Assembly: GCA_002269645.1 (NCBI GenBank)
Contig: NIVC01001258.1
Span: forward strand, 75,587-139,586
From: Macrostomum lignano
Lineage: Eukaryota
DNA length: 64,000 nucleotides
Direction of reading: 5' to 3'
Shown here piece by piece: positions 44,901 through 57,432 of this stretch. The position numbers and the translations under genes are program-made. The notes below the pieces were generated by a model that had not been told where the DNA came from, did not search any database, and saw nothing but the letters and a program-made list of their open reading frames with translations. Each line of letters begins with the position of its first letter. The stretch's first letter is position 1.

Positions 44901-47900
44901 AATGGAAAGCTACAGCAGGTGCGTGTGTGTCCTCGTATTTCCGAGTGGAAGATTTACCACAAAGATTCCAATTCCTCCTGTGCATAGATTTGCACCCAAA
45001 ACCGGTTTTGTTAGGTTGGCATGAATTGGTGGAAAGACACTGCGCCATACAATCATTAGAGTACCTGAATTCGGCACAGCAAAGCCAGTGCGTCTGAATG
45101 GCACTGTAAAAATGCATAAATTGGTATCGAAGCAAATTTTGCATAGAAGGTTGTTGCAATTCAAAAAAACTTTCATACTTTTTTCGGAATAAGACTTTTT
45201 TTACTACTAGCGGTCCTTGGTAAGCAATAGGCCCTACTTTCTGACAATATTTAGCTTGAATGAATTTATAATAGACTATGTGTATCGTAGAAAACTTTAC
45301 AGACAATAGGCGATATGTATCGTAAATAACTTTATATACACAATGACCGATATGTATCGCAAATAACTTATAGATACAATTGCCGATATGTATCGTAAAT
45401 AACTTTATAGACACAATGGCCGATATGTATCGTAAATAATTTTATATACACAATGGCCGATATGTATCGTAAATAACATTATAGACACAATGGCCGATAT
45501 GTATCGTAAATAACTTTGCAGACAATAGCCGATATGTAGCGCAAATAACTTTGTGCCAAGTCTTACTTTTCCAGAATCCGCCAACACTTCTCCTTCGCCA
45601 GTTTTTGCGCCGGAAGCTGCCGTCCCCGTCGAGGCAGCGGCAGCGGCGGCCTCCAGCTGAGAGCGCAGTTCGCCAACAGTCGACTCCGCAGCCAAGCGGC
45701 CAGCCTCGGCTTCGGCGAATTCGGCGCGAAGTCGTTCGACTTCCTCGACTGAGGTCGACTGGCTGGCGCTTAGCTCGGCCAGGGCGGCGTCCCGCTCGGC
45801 TTCGGCCGCTTCCAGCTGGCGCCTCAGCCGGCCTTCGGCCAGCTCGCGGGCTTCCAGGCCCTGCAGCAGCTCGTCAGTCTCCAGCCGGTGGGCGGCTCGG
45901 GCCCGGCTCTCCGCCTCCTGGAACCGGTCCACCGCATCCTGGGGAACCGGAGGTTGAGGAGGGGGAGAAAATTAATTAATATAATATTTAATACTATGTT
46001 TTAATAAGCTGTGGCAGTTTTAAGCGTTTTGGTGTGGTTGTTGCAGGTTGTTGCTGCAGGAATTGAACTCGTATTCCTACCCATTTGGACTACGCCTCTC
46101 CTGTTCAACATTCAGTAAGAGCAGCATTTCCACAGCTGCATGCGGCGGGAGAAACGTAGCTTTTTACCCCACTCTGTTGCGTTGAGATGCTTCGAGACGC
46201 AAATGCTGCTCTTGTAACTTAATTAGGATGCAGCAGCATTCCAGCTGCTTTCAAGATGCAAGAGCAAGTCAGCAATTCCCCCGCTACCCACCCCGTATTG
46301 TACCAAGGCCACGCGGGAATAAACTCCCTCGCTACCCACCCCAAATTGTACGCAGGCCACGCGGAAAACCCCAACCCATATTGTACGGAGGCAACACGGG
46401 AACCCCCACCCCCTGCCACCCACCCCAAATTGTAGGCAGGCCACGCGGGAACACCAACCCCCCCCCACAACCACCCCAAATTGTACACAGGCCACGCGGG
46501 AACACCAACCACCCACCACCCACCCCAAATTGTACGTAGGCCACGCATGAAACCCCACCCCTACCCATATTGTACGCAGACCACACGAGAACCTAAACTC
46601 CACCACCTACCCCAAATTGTACGCAGGCGACGCGGGAACACGAAACCCACACCACCCACCCCAAAAATTGTACACAGGCCACCCCAGAACTCCAACCTGA
46701 AACTTGGCCTGAAACTCGTGCTCCTTAGCGTCCAGCCGGTCCTGAAACTCTTTGGCAGCCGCTTTCAACTTGTCCGCCTGCTCCGTCTCCAGCTGCTCAA
46801 TCTGGCTGGACAGCCCCGCCTCCAATTGGCGCCGCTGATCTCGGCACTCGCACGCCAGGCTCTCCGCCTCTTGACGACTGGCGCGCAGCTGCTCAGCCAG
46901 AGTAGTCGCCTCCGCGCTGCGCGCTTTCACCTCCTCACGGAGTCGCTTCTCGCTAGCCAGCCGGCTGTCCAGACGCTCCTTCAGGGTGCGGATTTCCGAC
47001 TCGCGAGTGGCCCCGGTCGAGTCCTGGGGAAGCGAAACTCGAAATATAGGATCAACAATCTGGGACGTAGCCTAGAGGGAGGAGGCAAAAACTACGGCGC
47101 CCCTTGGCTACAGCCCCTGGTGCTAAAGCCCCTTGGCTAAAGCCCGTGGTGCTAAAGCCCCTTGGCTAAAGCCCCTGGTGCTAAAGCCCCTTGTGCTAAA
47201 GCCCGTGGTGCTAAAGCCCCTTGTGCTAAAGCCCCTTGGCTAAAGCCCCTGGTGCTAAAGCCCCTTGTGCTAAAGCCCCTGGTGCTGAAGCCCCTGGTGC
47301 TAAAGCCCCTTGGCTAAAGCCCCTGGTGCTAAAGCCCCTTGTGCTAAAGCCCCTGGTGCTAAAGCCCCTGGTGCTAAAGCCCCTTGGCTAAAGCCCCTTG
47401 GCTAAAGCCCCTTGGCTAAAGCCCCTTGGCTAAAGCCCCTTGGCTAAAGCCCCTGGTGCTAAAGCCCCTGGTACTAAAGCCCCTGGTACTAAAGGCCCTG
47501 GTACTAAAGCCCCTGTTGCTAAATCCCCTGGTGCTAAAGCCCCTGAAAATCATCTGAAATATCAAACTGCGCAAAGACTTTTCTACGTCTCGAGTCCAAA
47601 CCTTAAGCGCCGCCTCGCGCTCTCTCGCCTGTAGCTGCTGCTGCAGCTCAGCCAGTTGTTGCTTCAACCGCCGCTTGCCGGCGGCCGCCTCCTCGGCAGC
47701 GATGGCCCTCTCGTCGCGGTGCCGCTGCTCAGCCGCCGCCAGTTTGGCTTCGGCGTCGCGTAGGCGGCCCTCCAATGCCGAGGCGTCGGGGTCGCTGCCG
47801 CTGCTGCTGCCGGCAGCTGGGGAGGCGGCAGTTCGGCGCAGCGAGGCCAACTGCTTTTGCAGGTCGTTGAGCTCGGCCTTTGGAAATATATTGGATGTTT

Positions 47901-50900
47901 AAATGCGTTAGCAGGTTATTTAGCAGGGTCTCCCTACGGGTCCTCTTTTTAAAGGCCGCTGGTCTCCCTACGGGTTCTCTTTTAAAGGCCGCTGGTCTCC
48001 CTACGGGTCCTCTTTTAAAGGCCGCTGGTCTCCCTACGGGTTCTCTTTTAGAGGCCGCTGGTCTCCCTACGGGTCCTCTTTTAAAGGCCGCTGGTCTACC
48101 TACGGGTCCTCTTTTAAGGGCCGCTGGTCTCCCTACGGGTCTTCTTTTAAGGGCCGCTGGTCTCCTTACGGGTCCTCTTTTAAAGGCCGCTGGTCTCCTT
48201 ACGGGTCCTCTTTTAAAGGCCGCTGGTCTTCTTACGGGTCCTCTTTTAAAGGCCGCTAGTCTTCTTACGGGTCCTCTTTTAAAGGCCGCTGGTCTCCCTA
48301 CGGGTCCTCTTTTAAGGGCCGCTGGTCTTCCGGTGGATCCTTCAGTAGGGTTTAATAAATTAGGGCTCACAGCTTTAGAATCCAGCAGCTCTCTAAGCTG
48401 TTGGATTTCCATACGCAGCTTCTCCGCAGACTCCTCGCGATCTCGATGATCAGACTTCGCCAAGCTGCTGTCACCGTTCGATGCTTTCTGCTTCAAGTCG
48501 GCGGCCGGGGTCTCCTCAGTCAGCTCGGCTACTTCCGATTCGGCTCGGACAATCTCGGCCAGCAAATCGTCAGGCACCGGACGGCCTTCAGATAGCAGTT
48601 TGGACTGGAGAAAGGCAAGGGATCAGAGGGATTTCTGCCGGTTTTTGTCCAAAACTAATAGCATTGGCTACAGGTAAGAGTGACAATGCAGGTGAGATAA
48701 GAGTGACAATGCAAGTGAGATAAGAGTGACAATGCAAATTATGAGTGACAATGCAAGTCAGATAAGAGTGACAATGCAAGTGAGATAAGAGTGACAATGC
48801 AAATTATATGAGTGACAATGCAAGTCAGATAAGAGTGACAATGCAAATCAGATAAGAGTGACAATGCAAGTCAGATAAGAGTGACAATGCAAGTGAGATA
48901 AGAGTGACAATGCAAGTCAGATAAGAGTGAAAATGCAAGTGAGATAAGACTAAGAGTGACAATGCAAATCAGATAAGAGTGACAATGCAAGTCAGATAAG
49001 AGTGACAATGCAAGTGAGATAAGAGTGACAATGCAAGTCAGATAAGAGTGAAAATGCAAGTGAGATAAGACTAAGAGTGACAATGCAAGTGAGATAAGAG
49101 TGACAATGCAAGTGAGATAAGACTAAGAGTGACAATGCAAGTGAGATAAGAGTGACAATGCAAATTATATGAGTGACAATGCAAGTGAGATAAGAGTGAC
49201 AATGCAAATTATATGAGTGACAATGCAAGTTATATAAGTGACAATGCAAGAGCAGCCAGCCGGACACTCGCACCTGCAATTTCAGTGAGTCAATCAGCCG
49301 ATCGCGAGCAGCCAGTTTCGGCAGCAGATGGCCGCCGCCGCCGCCGCAGACATCGCGCAGCCGATTGTCAGCTTCGAACAGGCGAGCCTTGTAACGACGG
49401 GCCAGCGACTGCGCGTGACTCAACCGCTGCAGCAGCTCCGGCCGGCTCAGAGACTCCAGCGCCGAGGCGGCTGCCGCAGTCGCTGACGCCTCGCCAGTCC
49501 CCGCAGTAACAGCAGCAGCCGCAGCAACAGATGAAGGAGTTTCACTAACAGCAGAACCAATTGAAGACTGTCGAGAGCGCGACTTTGCTGGCGCCGCTGC
49601 TGAGAGCTGATGCGGCGTAGAGGAAGCTGTGGAGAAAGCTGGCGACTCGGAGCCCAGTGATGTAGCTTCCGCTTGCTGACCAGAGCCTGGACTCGTGTAC
49701 TTGCCTAGCAGAGAGTCGCTCGCCTGTTTGATGATGTATTTAGTAGCGGTCCACTATAATTACTGCTATGGCTATGAAATAGGTACCTATGTAAATATGC
49801 TAATCTGAAGCTTTTTAAATAGAAATTATATTTTGATAATTAGATATTTATTAATGCTTTTAGAAGTTACTAGCAAATCTTTATTGGCTATTGAAGAGGC
49901 AACAAAATTAATATATTTTTTTAATATCAATAGATAACTATAAACATAGCTTTTAACCTTATGTAGGTCATAATTGTTATTTTTTTAAAAAATATTTTAA
50001 ACAAAGATCATTAGCCTTGAACTGAATAACCTGGTATTTATTATAAGATATAAGTATCCCTTTTGATATAGTGATATCAAAGCCTCCTTTTAAGCTATAG
50101 CCTTAACTTTAAAACTCTTCTTTTAATGCTTGGCTTAACAAAAATCCCTAGGTTTTTTAGGGGCATAAAAAGGCATTGGGGAATAAAAAATCAAGTTTAG
50201 AGGGGTGCAAATTTAGGTTTTTGGGGTGTGCAATATGTTTAGTCAAGCTATTTTTGGGGGGCCACCCCCTCCCTATCTCCCCCCCTAAATCCGCCCCTGC
50301 ATCTGGGATATATGCTAATATATGCTGAAAAATGATAAGTACTAGTGTTCCCCCATAGCCCTAGCTATGGCTATGGGATCCTATAGCAAATACAGTAAAA
50401 TAGGTGTCTACGGCAGCTACGGATACGTCTACGGTAGCTAGCTGCTCTTACAGCTACGATTATGGAAATATGGTAGTTGCTGTCATATTCCGTAGATTCC
50501 CGTAGCCATAGTTATTAAATGTCAAAAATTGAAAAAATATTAGAAACAGGTAGAGTAAAACAAAGATACTTTTAGTAAACTGTATTATCAACCTAGAAAC
50601 TTATAAAATATACCTAAAAAAGTACAATAAAACACTAGCAAACTCTAACTTTTATTTACATGAAAAAGTTTAGCATTAGTACTTTCAGTAACAATTAAGT
50701 ATTGTTGCTCTAAAAAAAGACGAAATATAATCTTACAAAGGCAATCGAGTGTTTCTTTTATTTTCTAATTTAATTTGCAGTTGTTTAAGCACTAGGTTAT
50801 CTTCTTGATTCAAAATATTTTGTTTTTTAGACTTTTGTTAAAACTACAGCTATGGCTATGGCCATATGGGAACTATGGGAATATGGTAATTTCGGGGTCC

Positions 50901-51539
50901 CTATGGCTACGGAATACGGAGAATTGGAATAAGCCGTAGTTTTGCTTATGGCTACGGCTATAGTACATGTACATGGACTCTCTTTATGGTGGAACACTAA
51001 TAAGTACCCTTGTTATATACCAGGAAATCTTGGCATATATGTTGCCTTCCAAACTATGGCCAATAAGCTTTATAATGCATACAATAGATCAAACAAACAT
51101 TTTTAAAAATAGCAATAGATAGTATCAATGTAGAATAATAAAATAGGCCTACAAATTATATTGCTATTAATAGGGCCTATATTATTTAATCTTAAGATTT
51201 ATAAAAATTTTATACAATGCTATAGGCCTATAACAATTTTAGCTAAACAAGAATTTTAATATACTTTGGGCAAATTTATCAAAGTAGAAATAAAAATATA
51301 GACCTAGACCTTGTCCCTAGTCTAAGCCAATGCAATAAGTAGGCAATCAATCAATCATTCTCATTTTGCTAACCTTTTGGTATGATACATGCATACAGAC
51401 GAGTTAATGACTTAGTATCAAGATAATTACGTTGGGATAATAAAAATTGTCCAGATAAAGATAACAAAATTAAAATATGCTGGCTTACCTTCTTAATTCC
51501 ATCAGTTTCTTCAATCTTTTGGCGCAGTTTTTTAAACAT
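41924..51539 (-). CDS. GOLGA4: GRIP-domain golgin, golgin-245/GOLGA4-like, ~727 aa; exons 51539-51489, 49723-49274, 48604-48371, 47877-47602, 47023-46697, 45938-45567, 44852-44758, 44687-44612, 43430-43236, 43159-43073, 41944-41924
   Basis: The N-terminus MFKKLRQKIEE resembles GOLGA4 MFKKLKQKISEE. Coiled-coil exons follow, then GRIP EYLRNVLYKYMLGEKTQ|TLARVICTVLKFT…, and final NWLVTP*. All junctions are GT-AG and phase-compatible. The exon-2 acceptor could instead be 49753. Confidence 0.82.
42290..43020. repeat. 30-bp minisatellite in the last GOLGA4 intron
   Basis: Tandem gtgagattttgaaatc(a/g)gacaccat(a/g)caga. Confidence 0.95.
43505..44550. repeat. Two blocks (43505-43850, 44070-44550) of a 16-18-bp minisatellite in a GOLGA4 intron
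   Basis: Tandem ccccatcaatcccatt variants. Confidence 0.93.
45275..45550. repeat. 39-bp minisatellite in a GOLGA4 intron
   Basis: Tandem gatatgtatcgtaaataactttatagacacaatggcc-like units. Confidence 0.9.
46265..46690. repeat. Degenerate ~45-55-bp minisatellite in a GOLGA4 intron
   Basis: Recurrent ccccaaattgtacgcaggccacgcgggaa. Confidence 0.85.
47095..47545. repeat. 15-18-bp minisatellite in a GOLGA4 intron
   Basis: Tandem ctaaagcccctggtg / ctaaagccccttgg. Confidence 0.93.
47925..48330. repeat. 33-bp minisatellite in a GOLGA4 intron
   Basis: Tandem ggtctccctacgggtcctcttttaaaggccgct. Confidence 0.95.
48680..49250. repeat. 23-bp minisatellite in a GOLGA4 intron
   Basis: Tandem gataagagtgacaatgcaagt(g/c)a. 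Confidence 0.94.
50343..50999. mobile_element. Non-autonomous hAT-type element, 657 bp, with perfect 8-bp TSD
   Basis: TIRs TAGTGTTCCCCCATAG and (reverse complement) TAGTGTTCCACCATAA. TSD ATAAGTAC at 50335-50342 and 51000-51007. Subterminal gctatgg/ctacgg repeats. Confidence 0.88.
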
Positions 51540-54151
51540 GACAACAAAAAGCAATATTATGTGCAATAAAAAGCGAATAGATGTCAATTTTAAATAGGTG
51601 GGTACTGGCACAGCATTGACCTAGCAAAGAAACCGTTTAATTTTAGACACTGAGCCAGACATTTAGCCTTAGGCTTACATTGACAGGCATTTTATGTATT
51701 CGGCTTGGATTGACTTAATTGTATCTTTGCTCTCTAGCTATGTAAAAATTGATCTGAACACACCCAAACGACTTTTATTAGCTAGAAAATAGTTAACACA
51801 ATAACACTACACTCTTAGCCCTTAGGCATCAAGTGAAGTCAAGCGCAGCGCCGAAATACAAGAAGTAAGCTAAAATAAGTTTCTTAGAAAAAATCGATCT
51901 CAGTTCTATTTAAAAGCAGTGAACACGGTGACTACGTAACAATTACGCTCAAACAACGCAGAGTTAGCTGCAGTTCTACAAAAAACTTTGGCTTTTTTTC
52001 GCACAGGGTAGGTCATTGGCAAAGTAACTATGGTGGCTCCGACGACCGGTGGCGTACCCTGAAAACCACCACTTTGACTTTGGTTCATTGTGTACCACGC
52101 ATGTTACGTGTAAAGTGACATGGCAGAAAGTTTGCATGGGTCGGAGTTTGAAGGGAAAATACTATAAAGACGTACATTCATGTGCATTTACATTTAAAAT
52201 ACATCTAATAAGACAGTCCGTTTTTGTTCCTCTCTACGAATACATGCCATTTGTACACGCACTGTGCCGATCGCCAGAAGCCGGCAATTAATAATCCCCT
52301 AGTGCCAAGTTTGTTGCAGCACTGTTGCAGGAACGTTGATGACAACAAGTAGAAGATGTTGTGTTTCATTTGTCGCGCTCAGGACTGTTGCAGGAATGTT
52401 GACGTGCAACATAGCAAATCACCCAGATAGGAACATTTTTTTTGTGCAACCTTTGCAGCAACGGGTATCTCTGTAACTCTTACTTACATGTAGTAATTAT
52501 GTTCACTGCAGTAGCCATTTGGTGCAACCTGGTAATAAAATAAAGGAAAAATTTTATAGAAACCACTTCAATTCGAATATGATAATCCAATAGTAATTTG
52601 TATTGACTATGCAAAATGCATGTACATGTATGACAAATAGAATGCTTTAATGCAGATGTCTACTATACATTATTTCTGCATCTAGTTCCCTGTACTGTGC
52701 TACGTTGAAACAGGCAAACACCGTGAAGAGTCGCGGCAGTCTCTTTGCAGCACTAAGTCAGCAGATTCCAAAGCAGCTAAAACCTAAGCACAGTCCGCGG
52801 AGCAGTGGGAATCTATAATTGTGTGATTAATGCCTACCTAATTGTGTGAAATAAAACTCTGGCGAGGAGCTGCTTCCACTTGATTCGAGTCAGAATTCGT
52901 TTCTTGAACTTTTCTGCCATGTTAAGTTTATTGTTATTGTGATTCTCTGTGAGAAACTCTAGCAGTGCCCGTAATACATCATTATAATTAAAGACTACCT
53001 AAATGTACATGTAATTCATAAGTTATAAACTTGGAAAGACACTATACTACAGCCTACATTAGGCTTCTCAGACTGTAGTATACCTGTGTCAATTAAATAC
53101 CTCCCACAATTAGGTGGACCTGCTATATATCTAACTTCGAATTATTAAAACCTAAAATGAACCCCGGCCCTTCTCGAGACAGTTTTTAGCTGATGGCTTC
53201 TGTACATAGCTTTTGTCTTATGGCATATTATTGGGCCGATGCCCGTACAGCAATCCGACGATGGCCGACGTCGGACCGACCGCAGACCGACGTCGCGGAT
53301 TGTTAAACGGGATGTGGGACTTTTCCGGGTGGTGGGGCAATTTGGACAATAGCGCACCTATTACAACGTACTGATTCTGTACGGTTTGAGCAGTACTGCA
53401 TGCCTAACATATATATGTCGTCGGTCTCAGGTGAATCTAACCCGCGATATCAGAGACAAAGAAGAACTGTGATTATCTAGAACATCAATTCTACGACTGA
53501 TAGGTTGCCAAGCTTCATGGGAGCGAGGAGAAATAAAAAATGAGACTCCTCCTTTAATTTAATTCCGAAATTCCTGTCCTCCGAGAAGGAGTTAAAAAAT
53601 TTACCAATGGCTTTACATGCACACGGTACTCGGAGAGTTTGGATTGGGGACGCAACCCCCGGGCCCCGATAAAAGTTCTGTCCCAAAGCACTTTAAAAAC
53701 TAGCCAGCCTATAAAAAGGCCGCTCTGGCCTCGCAGGGGTAACGGAGTGGGGGATTTCTAATGCATAGGTTGTGCTAGAAGCTAGATGCAGCTATACGGC
53801 TACGCCATCCCCTACAGTACTTTAATCCCTTCACCGTCAACAGTACACATGCTTCTGTTCATCTTAGGAAGGGATACGAGCCTTATCCAGCTTCGTCCGG
53901 GAGGCCCATCGATCGGCTCTATCTTGTTCCCTTGCCAGGCAGGTCCGCGGCAGCTCCGTGGCTTTTCCATCGGGCTGGCTGGTTGAAATGAGGGAGCTCA
54001 GGGGCGCGGCTTGTTTCTTCTCCTAGCGTCCTTATGCGCTTTCTTTTTAGCTCTGAGCCATCCTCTGATGGCTCTGGAGCTCTCTAATTACTTTTCAGAT
54101 TTTTAACTCGCCATACAAAGCGTCAAAAACCATGCATGTTTGAAATTTCTA

Positions 54152-57100
54152 ATGGAAAACAGAAACTGCTTCCGGACGCCTCTAAACGCTGCTGCTTCAG
54201 AAGGCAGACTTGATAAGGTAGAGCAGCTTCTCGATTCCGGAGCAGACGTGAATGAGCAAGACGAGGTGGACAACTCTACGCCTCTGATTCTGGCAGCTGA
54301 GAGAGGTCACGAAACTGTGGTCGGACTGCTACTTGAACGAGGCGCCAGCATAACAAAGTGCAAGAGTGATCTCTGGAGGCCACTGCACCTAGCCGCCTAT
54401 AATGGTCACGGCTTAGTTGTACAGCGCTTGATCCAAGCTGGTGACGATGTAAACTCACCGGACTGCAAAAGCTCCACGCCGCTGCATGTGGCCACCCTGT
54501 ATGGCTACTCTGACGTCATCCAGCGACTGCTGAAGGCGAGAGCTGAGGCTGACAGGCAAGACGACTTTGGTAGAATGCCGCTGCACCTGGCTTGTCGAGA
54601 TGGACACCTAGAGGCAGCCAGGCTGCTCTTGGAGGCGCTCGGTTCGCCAAGTTTAATCGGACATCCCGATAAATCAAATATGACGCCGCTGCACACTGCT
54701 GTCATGCGAGGTCACGCAGCGATTGTCCGACTTCTGCTCCGCCATGGAGCGAATCCTGACGCTTCTAACGCTGAAAACCTGACGCCGATCGAGCTGGCTG
54801 CGCGAAGTGGACTTTTGGAAAGTCTAAAATGCCTGCTACCGTATCTTAAGCGCTCGTCAAAGTTGACGCTTGGCGCGGTCCTGCGCCTTGCATCCGCGTT
54901 TGGCCACATCGAATGCTGCAAGGAGCTCTTGATGCAGTGCAGCAAGGAGGAGGCGGTCAGTGCTCTGCTGAGCTTGCCGCAAACGTTTTCGGTCCAAGGA
55001 CTGGTTAGGCTACTAGACAATGAGCAGATGCTGACTCTAATTACCGAGGCTGAAATGTGTTCCGATGGATTCAAGTAATTTTTGTCTCTTTATCTTTCAG
55101 TTTAACAAATATTTTGTGTTATATTCCTATCGGAACTAGCTAACCAACCGTTGGCGTCGAAGGAGTGTGTTGCAGCCATCCTGACAGTCAGAATGGAGTG
55201 CTGGATGACATTGGTACCATCCTGACAGTCAGAATGGAGTGCTGGATGACATTGGTACCATCCTGACAGTTAGAATGGAGTGCTCGATGACGTTGGTGCC
55301 ATCCTGACAGTAAGAATGGAGTGCTGGATGACATTGGTACCGTCCTGACAGTCAGAATAGAGTGCTGGATGACATTGGTACCATCCTGACAGTTAGAATT
55401 GAGTGCATTAACACTAATCAAACTGCAGACGACCAAGACGGAACCTGTTTGAAATTGTTACTTATTTGTATGCTTTTGTTTGCTTTCAATCCTAGCAGTG
55501 TGTCTGTATTGGTCGAGGCTTTGGAACGAGCCGGTTTCAACCAGGAGCGAATGCAGTGCCTGCAAGTCAGGGCGAAAGTTCAGCAGGCAATCTTGCGCTG
55601 TCAGTTTGCCGACAGCGCCGACTGGAGCGGCTTCGAAGCTCACCTCGTCGGCAGCTACAGTGACGGATGCGGCAATTCTATTGTGAGTGCCGATGGCAGC
55701 ACGGACTTGGAATCTGACATCGACGTACTGTTGTTGGACAAGACTCGGGAGCCGATTCACATTGCATCGTTCTGTCGTTGCCCAACAGTATCGGACAGCA
55801 GCAAGATGGCGTACGAGGATGGGCACGTGACGATTTCAGGAGTCAGTGAGTGCCTTCATCTTGTGACAGTGAACTTTGTTGTAATTCTGTACCATTGGCT
55901 TCCATTTCTTTCCCGTCGTGTCTTTTAGCATCCAACCCGACTAAATACTACGGTCCGTCGCACCTCAAACCGTCCATGGACATGGTTGCAGCGCAGATTT
56001 GCTGCTGCTACCCGACAATATTTCTGCTGGACAATGCTCGGTACTTTCCGAGAATGTGCTACAAGCCTTGAAAATCGAGATCGATCGGCCGCAGTCCTGT
56101 CACGTGGTCTCTGCAGCTGCACCGGGTAGGAGGGGCCGACAGAAGAGAATCAGCACCGCTTTTCTTGAAAACATTGTCATGAAGAGTCTCAACACTGTGC
56201 AGTGTTGGTTCTTTGTTACATTAAAATACATCGTGAAGCATGCGATCTGCACCTCCACGAGTACTTTCGGCCTGAAGACTTATCACGTGAAGACGCTGCT
56301 ATTCCAGGCTCTTGATGCCACTCCACCGGAGTGTTGGCAGAAGGAAAACCTGCGCCCGTTGTTACTAAAATCTCTGACAGAATTGGAGAGCGCATTAAAA
56401 GCCGTCCAACCGGGTGACCTCAAACTAATGAAGCACTTTTTTCTGCCTGAAGCAGCACTGTACCTGAAGGAATCGAGCTGCGCGGCTTCAATTGCCGAGT
56501 CGACTACTAAAGTAATTAACAGTTTGGACAAGGTTCTAAATGAATTTGCCCTGATGTTGAGACCGCAGGTCGGGGACGAGAAGATTATCTACAACCCGCT
56601 TCTCCACTTTTCACTGAGTTTTTGTCGATTGAACCTCGTCAAGCCGGAAGATGGGACTGCATCGGAGAGTTTACCTGCCCACTCCGCTGCCATTTACAAT
56701 GCCACGGTAGCTGTAACCAGGTGCATGGAAATACTTTCTACAGACGAATCGTCAAAAACTGACGATGAATTTGCAGAAGCCATGGCCTTGACAGAAACCA
56801 TTGGTGACTTCGCGATCGCAGCAAAGGTCTGTTTGAGGGTTCTGTTATTGTTGAGACGCAGCCAGAGAGACAACGCTCGAGAGGAGCTGCTGCATTTTCT
56901 AACCAGTTGCAGCGAACCAGACTGGTCATCGTCAGGAAGACTGGACCCCGAACACTGTCGGACTGCTACTGAGCTGAGCCAGCAACTGCTAAGGAAAAAC
57001 TACATCGCTAAATTCTGTTGTCGGCTTGATGACGAATATAAAATTGACACAGATAAACTGGTGCTGCGCGAATTCAACTCCAACATCTTTCCAGTTCATT

Positions 57101-57432
57101 TGTCAAACCATATCAATGCTTTCTACATGAACTTCAACGCTTTGGCTGTCTACCTGGCCAAAATTTTGTTGCCGGGCCAGTGCAACCTGCCAATTATTGA
57201 GGACACTACAAGGCTGGCAGAAGATCCGTCTGCCGACCCTCAGGAGATCTATCTGGCGCTGATATTCGGTCAGGACGTTGACAGGCTGGTCGGCATCGCT
57301 CACCGACACAGAAGCGTCATCGGACGAGAGCCGGAACTGCAGCGAGCGATGCGGGACCGGCTTTTCAAGGATAGCACTGTAGGCACTGTGAGTCCTCATA
57401 AGGGAACTGCTGTGACATTATGCGAGCTATAG
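54152..57432 (+). CDS. Ankyrin-repeat plus Mab-21/cGAS-like nucleotidyltransferase (putative cGLR) with a C-terminal helical extension, ~925 aa if one missing base near 56040 is restored; exons 54152-55074, 55496-55845, 55929-57432
   Basis: 7-8 ANK repeats (TPLxxAA…G). NTase motif LVGSYSDG…SDIDVLL and third acidic strand MDMVAA. Mab-21 C-lobe motifs CHVV, RISTAFLE, LKTYHVKTLLF, W..ENL, HFFLP. Splice phases 2 and 1 fit. A frame change occurs at ~56040, and a further intron may start at 57388 (gtgagt). Confidence 0.8.
55175..55400. repeat. 41-bp minisatellite in intron 1 of the ANK-NTase gene
   Basis: Tandem ccatcctgacagtcagaatggagtgctggatgacattggta. Confidence 0.93.

Noticed and set aside
50180-50300. 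MITE-like end (…taaatccgcccctg)
   Set aside because: No matching left terminus or TSD was found.
53400-54060. Possible promoter or LTR upstream of the cGLR (TATAAAA at ~53710)
   Set aside because: A single TATA-like match with no second LTR, TSD or coding remnant is insufficient.
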